Below, one piece after another: positions 37,663 to 49,914 of a DNA stretch of 64,000 nucleotides. The notes beneath the pieces were generated by a model. The model did not search any database, had not been told where the DNA came from, and was given only the letters and a program-made list of their open reading frames with translations. Position 1 is the first letter of the stretch; each line of letters begins with the position of its first letter. Made by a program: the position numbers and the translations under genes. Source of the stretch: Saccostrea echinata (taxonomy: Eukaryota). Where the stretch lies: NCBI RefSeq assembly GCF_033153115.1, contig NW_026889779.1, positions 26,722,001 to 26,786,000 on the forward strand. The letters run 5' to 3'.

Positions 37663-38571
37663 AACACTTTTCAACAGCCAATCAGCTGTCTTATCAGATT
37701 TCTGATAAGCCTCGCTCTGAGTTCAAATTTTTTTTCATAGAAAGCGTCCAGACGTTTGTGGAGGTAAACGCAAACGTCTTGATGATACAGACTAATACGG
37801 GGGTAGAGATGGAAACTATTGTACGACACCATCACACGTCTCGAACACTAGTGTCTTTCTGGAAAAAAGAGGTTTAAGGATGACTGGACTGGTTATCCAA
37901 TGGAAGAAGCGTTTGGTAGACTAACACTGAAAAGTCGGGAGCTGGACGTCATACGTGGAGACCGCCGCTTAACTGTGCGAGCAGTTAGGTTCATGAGCAG
38001 GTTGGGAAATTGTGTATTAAAAGAATTGATCTCGCATCCATTTGGTAATTCAAGTATGTGTGAGATGATAACACGATAACAGAAAATCAAATGCATTATC
38101 GAATATATGCTTCAAACGAATTTGGAGAAGAATGATTCTCGAACAAACGCCATGAGCTACGTTTTGACGTCGTCAGTGTTGCGCCGACAGCTATACAACT
38201 AAGGTAATAATGTTATTTATAGAGATATTTATTAAAATTTCTACGGAGTTTTTAAAAAAAGTATTGATTATGGTGCATGTCAATTTTTAAATTTATAATA
38301 TTAGTGAAACAAAAAATATTGAAAATATTTGCGTATTTCTGCGACGAACGTCGTAGGTTCACTTATATATGCATTTTATAAAACTCTGCAGATGCCCGAT
38401 AGTGATCAGTCAAGTCTGTCTGTCCGTCTGATATTACTTGCCTTGAGAAAATTTTCTCTTAACAAGGCCCAATCTAACTCAAACATATTGCATACAGTGT
38501 CCGTGGGTAGAGATTGAGCAGTGACCTTGAAACAACTTTCTACGTCAGTATACATTTCTGTGTAAAATCTT

Positions 38572-38852
38572 TGGTTGCGTTTTGCAAAAAGTCGCAAGTC
38601 GTAGACTTGGTCGTTAGACCAGTCTCAAGAGTTCAGTTACGACCGTTTTTCAAAGATTTTAGACTTGCGACTTGGTCGTAAGTCTGCGACTGCTTAAAGG
38701 TTGTGTAAAGTCGTACAAATTGTAGTGAGTCCCAAAAATTTTCGCTGTTGCTATGGTACATAAAAGCATGGCGTCATTTCCTATTATTAACGAGTGCGAG
38801 GATGAGGAAATTTTTCAGAGAAAGCCACGGGTGTTCCGAGATGGATCAAATC
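38572..38852 (+). mobile_element. Probable 5' fragment of a PIF/Harbinger transposon
   Basis: Subterminal agtcgYa/YgCgact repeats followed by MASFPIINECEDEEIFQRKPRVFRDGSN, which resembles HARBI1-type N-termini (RVFRDR.N). The fragment is truncated. Confidence 0.45.
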
Positions 38853-39739
38853 AGTGACGTATAACAAGGGGACTGCCGACTTGTTTTCGCGTCAAAATTC
38901 TGTATGTGCACTTAAGAAAGCGGGCTTCATATTTTAGCGGCTTTGGTGCGGACAACGATGCGCTAATTCACGAATACCGCTAAGAAATCATTTATTAATA
39001 CAATTCATGGCTCGTTAGTGAGGAGCGCTAATTCGAGAATACGCCAACAACTCAATACCCAGCAATTGCGCTAAATTTTGAACACGCCAATATATGTACA
39101 CGTACAGTATCTTACCGTTTTCGCAGCGCCCCCACCGGGAGTCATAGAAAGACCTGTTACATGTAAACTAGTAAAATATGGCCGATCTTGGCGAGGATTT
39201 GAGTGATGTTTTCGAAATATAAAATTTTATCTTTAATTCAAACAAGTATTTGTACATTCACCGGAAATCTAGAGTATATCATGCCGTTACCTATTTTCGA
39301 TAGTATCCTAATTTCGATAGGCTACTTTTTTTTTTTACAATCATTCGGAAACCCTGACGTCATTTTTCGGAACGCTTCTCCTAAAATTAGCATCAGACGT
39401 AGAGTGTTAAAAAAAAACAAAAAGATAGAAAATTATGCCATTTAGAGAGGTAAGATATTATTTCTCTCTTTATCTATTCAAATCACGCCCTTTCCTCATT
39501 ATGCAAAAAAATCCACCCTAAATACCCTATCTTCTAAGCCTGAAAACAACATCTGATCACCCTAAGTTGTCGTCTGTTTAAAAGCTCTGTGTTATGGTCT
39601 AAAAATAGATAAGCCTCACTGAGCAAACTTCCGCTTTAAAAAAAAAAGTATGGAAGCCCGTTACATGTATTTTACTTTAAATTTCGCGATTTTTCTATGT
39701 TTTAAGATTTTGTTTCTGTTGCTTTATTGTTTATTTTCC

Positions 39740-40655
39740 ATCCAAAGGGGAAATTACAAGAACTATAGTCCAGAGGCTTTGGATAATGCTTTCCATGCAG
39801 TAAAAGGGGGGAGTGTTCATGGTGCTGCCAAACGGTTTCAAGTTCCCCTGACAACTTTAAGAGACAGGGTGGATGGACGAATAAGTATTGATGTAGCATC
39901 ATCAGGACCTCCACCACTGTTTACTCAGGAACAGGAATATTACATAGTGGAGCATGTGAAGACAATGTCTGAGATAGGATATGGATATACCCGTGCAGAA
40001 TTTAAGATCAGCCTTCAGGAAAACTGGTATTTATCCTCTAAATTCATCAACAATTAGTGAAAGCAGGACTTTACCATCTCTTGTATACAAAGGCAAGGTA
40101 GACATCACCAAAACTTCAACAACAGCTACTGTTATCTCTGATTAAAAAGTTACTTCTACTGCTGAAAGCTTTTTCATCAAGCGTGGTGGAGAGGTCCTCT
40201 TAGCTGTGGAGAAGGCAAAAAAACCAAGAAGAAATCTCAGTTCCATAATTGCAGGGAAAGCCATAACAGAAAAGAATGTATTTGATAAAATTCAGGCATA
40301 CAATGAAAAGTCGGAACACTCAACAAAAGGAAAAGGGAAGGGAAAAGGAAAAGGGAATGCAAAGCTAGTGGAAAACCAAATTGCAGGTCCTTCTAAAGAT
40401 ACAGCAGGTCCGTCCAAGGTTTCAAATACTTCTTCTTGTCCATCAGTTGATTTGTCAGATGAGGAGTCATTAGCTGAGGAGGAAAAGTGTTGCGTCTGTG
40501 ATAGAATGGAGCCTGAACAATTGAAGTTTATATCTTACATTGAGTTTGTTAGGTGGGGACAATGCCAATGTGGACACTGGGTGCACCTTTCCTACTGTGT
40601 GAAGGAAAAAGTAATCAGAAGAGACACACAAATCAAATGCCCTCATTGTGTTTGA
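39740..40655 (+). pseudogene. pogo/Tigger-like transposase remnant: HTH_psq and CENP-B-type start fused to a C-terminal PHD finger, DDE domain deleted
   Basis: YKNYSPEALDNAFHAVKGGSVHGAAKRFQVPLTTLRDRV...GPPPLFT..QE...GYGYTR; C-terminal CCVC...WGQCQCGHWVHLSYC...CPHC. Flanking inverted motif acctattttcgatag (~39289)/ctatcgaaaataggt (~40888). Confidence 0.78.
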
Positions 40656-41870
40656 CATTTTTATTTCGGTCAATGATTCCTGACTTGAACTTTCAATTTC
40701 ATAAAATTTCAAAACAAAAAAAAATTGAAGAAATTCTATTAAAAGTTTTGGTTAATAATTATTTATTTTTGTTAAGATCGTTAAAAAAATAAATAAACAA
40801 ACAAACGAACGAACAAAACAAAACTAAAAACCAAAACATATTAATTTAATCTTATGTTTTTATGCCAAGTACTGTGCGCCATACTTGCTATCGAAAATAG
40901 GTGACGTCATTCAAAACAACTCGGATTATGGCGGATCCAAAGAAAGTTGTAACAGTACTGGAATTCTTATGATTTCAAAACAAATTAAGGTCAGATATAT
41001 TTACGTATTGTTGACTAATAATACATAAATAGTTAAGGTGAGAAAAACATAGATGCACAGATTAATTTGTGACTAAAGTTTTACACTATCGAAAACCGAT
41101 AATGCCAGGATATATTATATACGAAAAGAGCAACGTGACACACCAAACTTGACTAACAGGGGCTTGTGTAGAGAAAATAAATCAGTTAGAAAATTAGTAC
41201 CTCGGAGAAAAAACACAAGGGAGGACGCCATTTTGGATACCACCTCGCTTCATCGGCTATTTTCTCGCTTAAATTGTTAAACTAGACATACAAGCCAGTT
41301 CATATCCCTTAATAAATGTTTTTCTTGAAGGTCTTACTTGCGGTTTTAATCTTTGTTCGTCTACATTTACAGTCTTAGTCAATTTCTCGCGTAAACATCC
41401 AAAATCGACAACTCCTTGGCTTCTGCAGAAAACGAAAGTATGTCACGTGACGTAGTGTCGCTCGGTTTGTCTCAGAGCTTTACATTTACCAAGAATGAAA
41501 TCCGAGAGTTTCGAATTTTGAAAAGAAGAAAAAGCGCCAGACACTACTTTGTCATTTTCTTACCAAGAAGTGCTACTACTATCTCTTTTCATATATGGCG
41601 CTTCACTGTTGAATTAATTAATAATTGCAAGTGATTTAATGACAGCATTGAATTTATGAATTATAAATGATAATATTGAATTTATAAATTATTGCATAAG
41701 TGATTTAAGACAATATCGAATTTACAAACTATTGCAAAAATGATTTAATGACAATATTGAATTATTTTAAAAAAAAAAGATTAAATAAACAAATCATGAC
41801 CTCATTAAAATTAATGTTTCCTGTCTACAATTAAAATTAAAAAGGAAGTTGTTTAATTCTGAATTATAGT

Positions 41871-42176
41871 ACCCTGAGGCGCAGTGATTAGAACGTCTGC
41901 TCTAGAGTCGCAGAGTAAGGAGTTGATCCTTGCGTCGCAGGTTCTAATCCCACCGTGGGACGTGGAGACGAGTCCATCGAATGAGATCGAATAAATTGAG
42001 GTCCCGTGTCGCAGTAGGTGCTAGCATGAAAAAGATCCCTCACTGCTCAATGTCCCTGAGTGCCGAGTATAGGTCAAAATTTGCAGGTCTCCACCGGCAA
42101 GTGTTGGCGTCTCCATATGAGTGAATAATTCTCGAGAGGGATGTTAAACAATGCACAAACAAACAAACAAACAAAT
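41871..42176 (+). mobile_element. tRNA-derived SINE with the same core and tail but a different, longer tRNA-like head
   Basis: Head aggcgcagtgattagaacg...ggttctaatccc; core gaatgagatcgaataaattgaggtcccgtgtcgcagtagg; shared ccctcactgctcaatg...gagtgccgagta; (caaa)n tail. Confidence 0.82.
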
Positions 42177-42179
42177 ACA

Positions 42180-42897
42180 TTACAGTTTCCGAGTTGGTTC
42201 CAGCTCTAAAGCAACTTGACACAATCATAAAAACAGAAATCTTCCTTGGTGCAGTTAGTTAGAAGGCATGGCAATCATATCATCATCTCCAACCTGAACT
42301 GATTCAAAGACTCTCCAGTATAGTTAAAAATCAGCAACTTTCAGCATTTTTATCTTTAAAAACTGCTGAAGAAGTTATCAGACAAAATACACCTTTGCAA
42401 GATTCTACCTCAAATTGCTAGCACAGGCAGTATTCTCAAATCTGGAGAGAGAGATATGATTACACATAAAGCAGGTTTTGTTTTATTTAGATGTAAAAGA
42501 AATTTATTTCTTCTCTAGATCTGGAGATGATCAAACACTTTGCTTATCTTACTGACAAGGATGGTAATACAAAATTGATATCTGTTAAATCCAGGGGTGC
42601 TTTGACAGAACCATCACATGAAATAACACATTTCTTTGTAGTTCTGGAGATACTGTTTATGGATTTATGTACAGAAGTTTCAGTTCCTTCCCTTCAGAAA
42701 TTTAGTGATACAATTTGTTAGGACAAGAAAGTAACGTCCCTGTTTTATGATTGTACATATCAAACAGAACAGAAGGAAAAGATATTCTTATTAATGTGCG
42801 CATTATATCACAAAGTAAGATGCCAAGCAATATGTAGATATGTTATTGAAAAGTACTATATTAAAACAACATCTGATAGTAAACAAAAAAGCCCTTT
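42180..42897 (+). pseudogene. Decayed ORF resembling the C-terminal region of P-element/THAP9 transposases (possible second gene of the P-like element)
   Basis: MITHKAGFVLFRCK (cf. YIAGYV) and SRGALTEPS (cf. SRGGLxxPS). It converges on the minus-strand P transposase. Confidence 0.5.
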
Positions 42898-42899
42898 GT

Positions 42900-43840
42900 A
42901 AATGAAATATATGGAGATAACGAACAGTATTCAAGCTCAAAAGTCCATTAAACAATACAAAATAGGAGTAGAGCAAACACGGACCTCCAAAACATCAGAG
43001 GTGGGATCAGGTGCCATGGAGGAGTGAGCATCCCCTGCCGACCGGTCACACCCGCCGTGTGCTCCTTGTCATGATCGGGAAATAACGGGAAAATCCGTCG
43101 ACAATTCAGTGTGTAAATGATGGCCTAACAATTAGTATGAAAAACGTCAGTCAGCATTTGACTCAATGATAAATTATATTTGCGGACAAGGTCATTGTAT
43201 CGACTATAGCTATAGAACTTACGAAATGATGGCTTTAAACGAGACTGCTGATATTCTTGTTTCATCAACTTGTTTGTTAATAATTTACCTCGTTTTAGAA
43301 GTTGTACATACGTAGAGCATGCTCTTGCGTATCGAATCAACCGAAAGATATAAACCCAGTATGCAGGTGATGAAGGTATATTGCTGCATAAGTAAGGGAA
43401 GTTGACGATTGAAAAGTTAAAGTCATCACGTTTATTATAAAGCTTGGTTGTTAGATTACCATTAACGTCTTTTCCAAGTAAAATATCCAAATATGAAACA
43501 GATGTGTCAGACTCTGTGGTATCTTTTATCTCAAGCTCACCAGGATATATCGTATCGACATAAGAATGGAAATAACCATTGTTAATTAACAATACGTCGT
43601 CGATATATCTAAATGTCGAGTTGAAGGCCACAGCAAGTGTTTTCTTCTTTTCACGTATAAGATTTTGGACAAACTCTGCTTCATATGAATACAAAAAAGG
43701 TCTGCTAATAAAGGGGCGCAATTGGTACCCATGGGAATTTCAACAGATTGTTGGAAGACCTGGTCTCCAAAAACCACATAGATATTGTCAATCAGAAACT
43801 CAAGCATCTTTTTAATGTCAACTTCAGAGTACTTGTGTAT
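42900..43840 (-). mobile_element. Penelope-like retroelement (Naiad-type) 3' fragment: RT C-terminal half and 3' UTR
   Basis: QQSVEIPMGTNCAPLLADLF, FRYIDDVL, SYLD, TKLYNKRDDFNF, SNIP and LIRYARACS. The ORF ends after the thumb with no C-terminal GIY-YIG domain. Confidence 0.85.
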
Positions 43841-43917
43841 AGACTAAACCTTATTTGAACATCTATCATACAAAACAATTATTATCAAACAATTTTAAAA
43901 CAGTTTATACGGGGTAA

Positions 43918-44532
43918 TTAGCTCATCTGAGTTGAAAGCTCAAGTGAGCTTGTCTGATCAGGCGTTGTCCGGCGTCAGTCCATCTAGCTGTCCATCCGTC
44001 TGTAAATTTTCTACTTTTTCAAATTCTTCTCAAGAAACCACTGTGCCAAATTTAAACAAAGGCGATATAAAGCATCCCTGGGTAACAGGATTTCTGAATT
44101 GTTAAAACGAAGGGCCAAGCCCCCTTTCAATGGGAGCAAATCAAGAAAAGGCAAAAATAGGGTGGGCTCATTAAAAAATACATTCTCCTTAAGAACCACG
44201 GGACCAGAAAAGCTGAAACTTATGTGGAAGCTTTCAGAGCTGAGTAGATTCTAAATTGTTCAAATCGTGGACCCTTCAGGTCGTGTAGATTGTATGTTAT
44301 GTAGATCATGGTCCCTGGGGGTAGAGGATGGGGCTACAATAGGGATTACATAAAGGAAAATCTTTAAAAACCCTCTACTCAAGACGTATGATAAATCATG
44401 TACATAGGATGAGGCCACAAAAGGCAATCAAAAATTTTACGTAAGAATACATGTTCATTGGGTATAAAAGCTCATGTAGAACAGCAGGGCCAAAGTGTCT
44501 ATGGTGAGTATTGTAGCCCATGGGCTTCTTGT
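43918..44532 (-). mobile_element. HINE-type non-autonomous Helentron element
   Basis: Hairpin ttagctcatctgagttgaaagctcaagtgagct, gtcc-type microsatellite, degenerate satellite units, and the end ggtgag...gcccatgggcttcttgtt. Confidence 0.82.
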
Positions 44533-46045
44533 TTTTTTCTTCGAAATGCAAATACAAGTAATTAATTAAAGCAATAGCACTTATTAGTATATTGATGATT
44601 TTGCTGTACCAAACAGAAAAATATGTACAGGGAAAAAGAATTTCACATAATACATAATTTCTCAATTGACTTCTGTTACAACTTTTCTTAAGTGGACTGT
44701 GAGATACAATCACTGGTCCTTTCTGTCCTTGTATACTAGTGTTTCCCTTTGGGACAAATTGAACGGCCAGGCTTTTCTGAAGTCGCAGTTTGTTTTCTTG
44801 GTAACTTTATAAATAGAAACATACATGTAGCAATAAAAGCTTTAACTGATAAATTTGTTTAGAATTTTTATTTAATTCTTTTATTTATTCATAATTATTT
44901 ATTTTATTTATATCTTAGTTATCATCATTATTTTAATAAAAATAAACAATATCTAAACTGGTGAATCAGGGGCTATCCCAATTTGCCCCCAATCTTCTGT
45001 GTCTTCCGAAATGCTCCTCTAGAGGGCCCTGGCAAAAATCATTGTTCAGAACATACGGCACACCATGTTGCAGGAGGTACGTGGTGGCCTCAACGAAAAA
45101 AAAAATTATAGATTAACATGGGGAACAATATAAAGGGACGAATGATTAAAACAGGGGCTAATTAATTTTACTTGTTATAATATACTGTATTTGAAAATGG
45201 CTAATGAACTTGCCTGTCATAATTATTCGTTCCTGAGTTTGGAAGGAAAGATACATTTTGCTCTGTTCAGCCTTGGTGAATCTAGGTCTAGCTCTGACAG
45301 CTTGTAGCCATTGCTCCAAGTATTGTAGGAACTCCTGCTCAAGGAACTGCAACAATTGTGTCCAAAACGAACGGAAATAAATTCTATTGATATTAAGAAA
45401 TTACATATTAATGTTTTTTCAAGTTACAGAAGTGATTTTCCTCGAAATCTTAGGTCATTAAGAGAATTGTAAGGAGCAACATCAGGCTTTCTTGTGAAAG
45501 CTGATTCCTTCAATGATCTACCATTTAGACAGTCAAAAAATTTGTCCACCAGCTTGAAAAGCTTAGCAGTTTTTGACATATGTGAACCATCGTAGACTTT
45601 CCATTACTTTGGCCACAGAATTGCTCAGCACCTAGAAAAATACATGTACAGGTACATAAGATGGTTATCACTTCAACCATGATCACCTGAATAATATCTT
45701 ATCAATAATTAATTAAAAAGGCATTTAATTAATTATAAACAGGTATTGCCTGTATAAGCCCTTTCCACAAATTACACAAAAACATTTTTTTTCATAATTT
45801 TCCCATCAACAAAACAAAAAACAAAAATACGTTTTGTTAGAATTAAATGACTACCTGAACTGTGTACTGTAAGTTTAACAGACATTGTTGATGATGGCGT
45901 CAAATAGCCATGGTCATAGGTCAGCTTGGTTCTGTATAACTGCCTCGTCCGTAACTGTGTCACATGAGACCAGAGAATGCTCTTGTTGTTATTTTGTAAT
46001 ATGTATTATTTTGTAGCTCCGTGCCCAGATGAAAATAAATAATAC

Positions 46046-47015
46046 AACATTATACAGTCATTGACTGGATACGAGGGCAACATAATATGATTTGTTGGCC
46101 TGCGGCCTCGGGCAACATTTTCACCTTCAGGTCCAACAAATCATATGTAGGCCTTTCAACTGCCGCTAGGGTTCGATGAAAAGAACGATAACCCATTACC
46201 GGATCTTGTTTACAGCGGGTCCGAGGAAGCTAACTGTTTCTCAGCATGTCAAGTTTTAGCATTTTGTTTCTTCACTTTCAGCGAAATCCAGTGGTTTGAA
46301 AATTTAGCACAAATGTTTAACTTATTTATCATGTAGTTACCGACACTGCACAATAATATATAAGTGAAATTTTTAATAAAGTGAAATCTACCCCCCTTCT
46401 TAATTTTCACCTGATTCAATTTTTATATTTGGTCGTTCTTATTCGTGCTTAGTAAAATGAATAAGATAATTTATTGCATTTAATTGTAGAACTATATATC
46501 TTTATAGACGAAGCACAACAATGCACCCGTAAAATACATGGCATTAAATTTTCTTCTACATATACATACCAACTGTCAGAGAGAGTTAAAAATCTTGAAT
46601 ATAGTCAGTTCCCCATTCATTTGATCCAGTTATTTCATGGAGAGTGAAGACATTCCCCTTGTTTTGGTCAACCCTTTTGTGTACCGAAGAATATAAGGAA
46701 ACCTACTGTGTACATAACAATACCAACTGAAGCAGCCTATATGTCATTCCTATAAACGATAACTCATAAATCGGCACTTTGTTGGTCGTTTTTTACGCTT
46801 GAGTTACCTGTCCTTAAAACATAACATCGTACAAATCAAATACCAATATTTTTGGGATTTAATTAAATGTATGTATAGTTTACTATCTTTTTTTGAGAAT
46901 TTCACGTACCTACAGATCTATCTATAAAATGGTTTTTTCCATATGTGCAAGTTGAAAAATAAGTTGAAAGGCCTATCATATGTTGCCCGAATCCCAGTCT
47001 ATAACTGTTTTGTTA
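46046..47015. mobile_element. Short palindromic MITE (host of a nested insertion) in a P transposase intron
   Basis: acagtcattgactgg...gggcaaca...tatgatttgttgg mirrors ccaacaaatcatatg|ttgccc...ccagtctataactgt once the nested element is removed. Confidence 0.65.
46149..46974. mobile_element. Non-autonomous TIR element with a 9-bp TSD (MULE-like; could also be read as a 7-bp TSD)
   Basis: atcatatgt|aggcctttcaact ... agttgaaaggcct|atcatatgt. Confidence 0.78.
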
Positions 47016-47961
47016 AACCCTTAAGATAGGTCACTAAACTGAAAACCTTTTTAGACAGTTTTACTCAATAAATAAACATAGTTTTATAAGCTATTATTTT
47101 GGCTTTATCAATGAAAATGATATCCCAAAAATGAAAAAATTCATAAAATCATTATATCACAGGAATTATCACAAAACATAATTTTCCCGAAACGCCATTT
47201 TTCAAATAGCATACGGTTAACTTGAAACTTTGGCTATTTCCGTGTCGCCGATATTGGCCATGGACGAATGAAATTGTTAGACTGATGCAAAGAACATTTA
47301 CTTTGTTGAGCTTTTTATTTGTAATCAATACATAGAAAGTTATTTATAACGGTATGACAAACATACATATTAAATGCCATAAAAAATGAAATAATAAAAC
47401 AATGAGAAAAAAATTGATCTGAAAGACAAGCCTAGAAAACAGTTAAACTTCAACAGGATTAAGGTAAACATACCCAGAGATACTTTGTTCCACCTAGCTT
47501 TGATTTGCTGATGTTGTTTCATATGGTCGTTACTAAGTGGTAACATCTGATATAAAGTAAAGGAATCTTTCTTGATCTTCTGCAAATTCATTTTTAGCTT
47601 TCTAAACAACTGTCTCATTTCCAACTTTGTGAAGCCTGTGTACTGATAAAGGGGGTGGTTTGTCACTTAGTCTAGTAGATGTGATGACCTGCACGAGATG
47701 AAATTAGTTTTATTAATTAGCAGAATAAATAGTTCTTTATAATTTAGACTATATAAAGGCTTGATGTTAAAAGTTCAGAACTATTAAATTGTTTACTTTT
47801 AGTTCACATGTCATTTCCAGATAAGCCACAGCTCTCCAAAACATCTGCTGTTGATGTTCGGGTAGGAAAATGTCCGACGCTCATTTTGATATGAGAGTTA
47901 ATACCAATAACCATATATACCAGGACATGAGTAGCGATTTTACTCACTGCATTCTACATGA

Positions 47962-48278
47962 TTGATTGTATGTTGTTCCCATTCGAGAATTGTTCACTCA
48001 TAAAGAGACGTCACCATATACCGGTGAAGGGCTTCAAATTTTAACTTTTACTCGGCACTCAGGGCCATTGAGCAGTGAGGGATCTTTACCGTGTCAACGC
48101 CTGCGGTGACACGGGGCCTCGGTTTATACTTCACTTCAAATTGCCGAGCGCATGGCGAAGGAACAGTTGCTACCCATTTTTTATCGACTTAGGTCAGTCG
48201 CGGCCAAGATTCGAACTCACGACCTCCCGATCACGGAGCGAGCGCTCTACCGACCGAGCTACCATGAACGGTTTTATC
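47962..48278 (-). mobile_element. tRNA-derived SINE (Deu/Nin-like family) with an internal deletion
   Basis: Reverse complement of 51216-51567, with TSD ctacatga (47954-47961; 48279-48286). Confidence 0.9.
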
Positions 48279-49914
48279 CTACATGAAAGGGGAAGGAAAT
48301 GAATTTATTATCTCCACATATTTCATTTATTCAAAGTTCTGAATAATTAAAGATTCTATATTGCTAAAATTCATTTCTTTAAATAAATGTGATGCTACAT
48401 TAATACCTCATCGAATGTCCAAGTTTCTAGGTTTGTAAATCCAATTATTTGACCGCTTCTTTTGTACATGTAATCGGCCAAGTCAGCTTTGACTTTTATT
48501 TCATCATAGAGGAGTGCTACATACCTTTTCTTTGGAGGGATGTCTTTGGCTATCGTTTTAAGTTCCTAAATAACATTTAACATAGCAATAAAGAACAGTA
48601 TATGCATAGGCCATTTCTATTAAGCCTATTTTTAATGTGCAGTACACTGAAGATATTCTTAAATGGTTTAAAGAGGCATTGTATAGAATTGAAAGAAAAT
48701 CGTATACATATACTTTTTTTGTTTGTGCTAAAGTAATGGCTTATTGTCAGATCTACTTGCACAAAAGATACGTGTACCTCAAATACACATGGTTGAAAAC
48801 CAGTTGCTGGTGTTATTAGATTGGTGTAATCTCTGAGTGTTGATTTGTTGGGTAATTTTAGCACTCTAGAATCTCTTATTGACTTGTATGCTCAAGCGCT
48901 GTGGTATTGCAAAAAAAAAAAACAAATCTCATCATCATAAGATGTCACCTCATACCCTTAGGATTGGACTGAAATGCTTTTTTCTGCTCCTTCCAAACTA
49001 TAATCTGGATGATTTTCTTCTATGGAACAATAGAGCCCCTCTCCAACCTCATTTGCCACAGTTCAGTCACACCTACATGACTGTATTGGTGGTTGGAAAG
49101 AATTAATTGCAGATAAAGAGAAATGATTAAAACATATGTCAGGTATATATCATTAATTAATCAATGAAGCTATATGATAGCTGTTGTCATGGTTTCAAAT
49201 TTATAGCTTTATTCTCTTGCAATGTAGGATACGGAACATCGCCTCATATATATATGTGTGTGTTATTTTATATCTTAGTATTAAAGCAGATGTTATGAGA
49301 TAGAATAGAAATTAATTATCTGTAATCTTTTCCCTCGAAGATTATAATAAGTAGGTTTATAAATACCATTTGTCAGAGATTATATCTGAGCTTTCGCCTC
49401 TCTTAAGCTACGTCTAAATGCCTTGACTTCCTTAATCAATTCTTCGTTTGATAGACGAGAAAGTGTTGTCTTGGGGTGAACTGTGGTTTGCATGCTAGAT
49501 GACTGCTCAACAATAGCGCTATTGCCTAAAATTTTATATACTGAGCAAACAGATATGGTATCATCTGAGCTCACACCTCCAGAACATCTTTGTGATCTAT
49601 CAACATGATCAATAATGAATGTAATTGTACATGTACTCACAAGTCTTCTAGTGAAATTCTGTCAAGTCGAAAATGGGTAATACTTCATTTAAAATTCAAA
49701 ATCATAATTAATCAAGACCTCTAAAAGAAAATATGATTTGAGAAACCATTGCTGAATTAAATAATTTTCTAAAATATTCAAAACTGTAAATACTCATTAC
49801 GTGCATTTGAGTTTTCTTTTATTCAGTCTCCACTTCGGGTTTATTGTTTCTCATCACAGTGGAAACAAATCTATAAAACTTTCCACTGTAAGTAGGGCCG
49901 TTAAGTAATCCTAA

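Larger units (their letters stand above)
32872..37794. mobile_element. AcademH DNA transposon (internally deleted)
   Basis: ~69-bp near-perfect TIRs tagtctgtatcatccagacgtttgcgtttacctccacaaacgtctggacgctttctatgaaaaaaattt, 9-bp TSD atacggggg (32863-32871; 37795-37803) and a RecQ-like helicase on the minus strand. Confidence 0.92.
44660..49600 (-). pseudogene. P-element/THAP9-like DNA transposase, ~9-10 exons, decayed and interrupted by MITEs and a SINE
   Basis: Exonic motifs: LKLPNKSTLRDYT; ALLYDE(M/I)KV...GQIIGF; ATHVLVYMVIGI; LYFISD; ILWSHV...KLTYDH.YLTPSSTMSVKL; VLSNSVA...DKFFDCLN; FLQYLEQW...MYLSFQT; YLL..GVPYVL...FCQGPLEEHFGRHR; YQENKLR...KGNT. Exon boundaries follow GT/AG. Confidence 0.88.
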
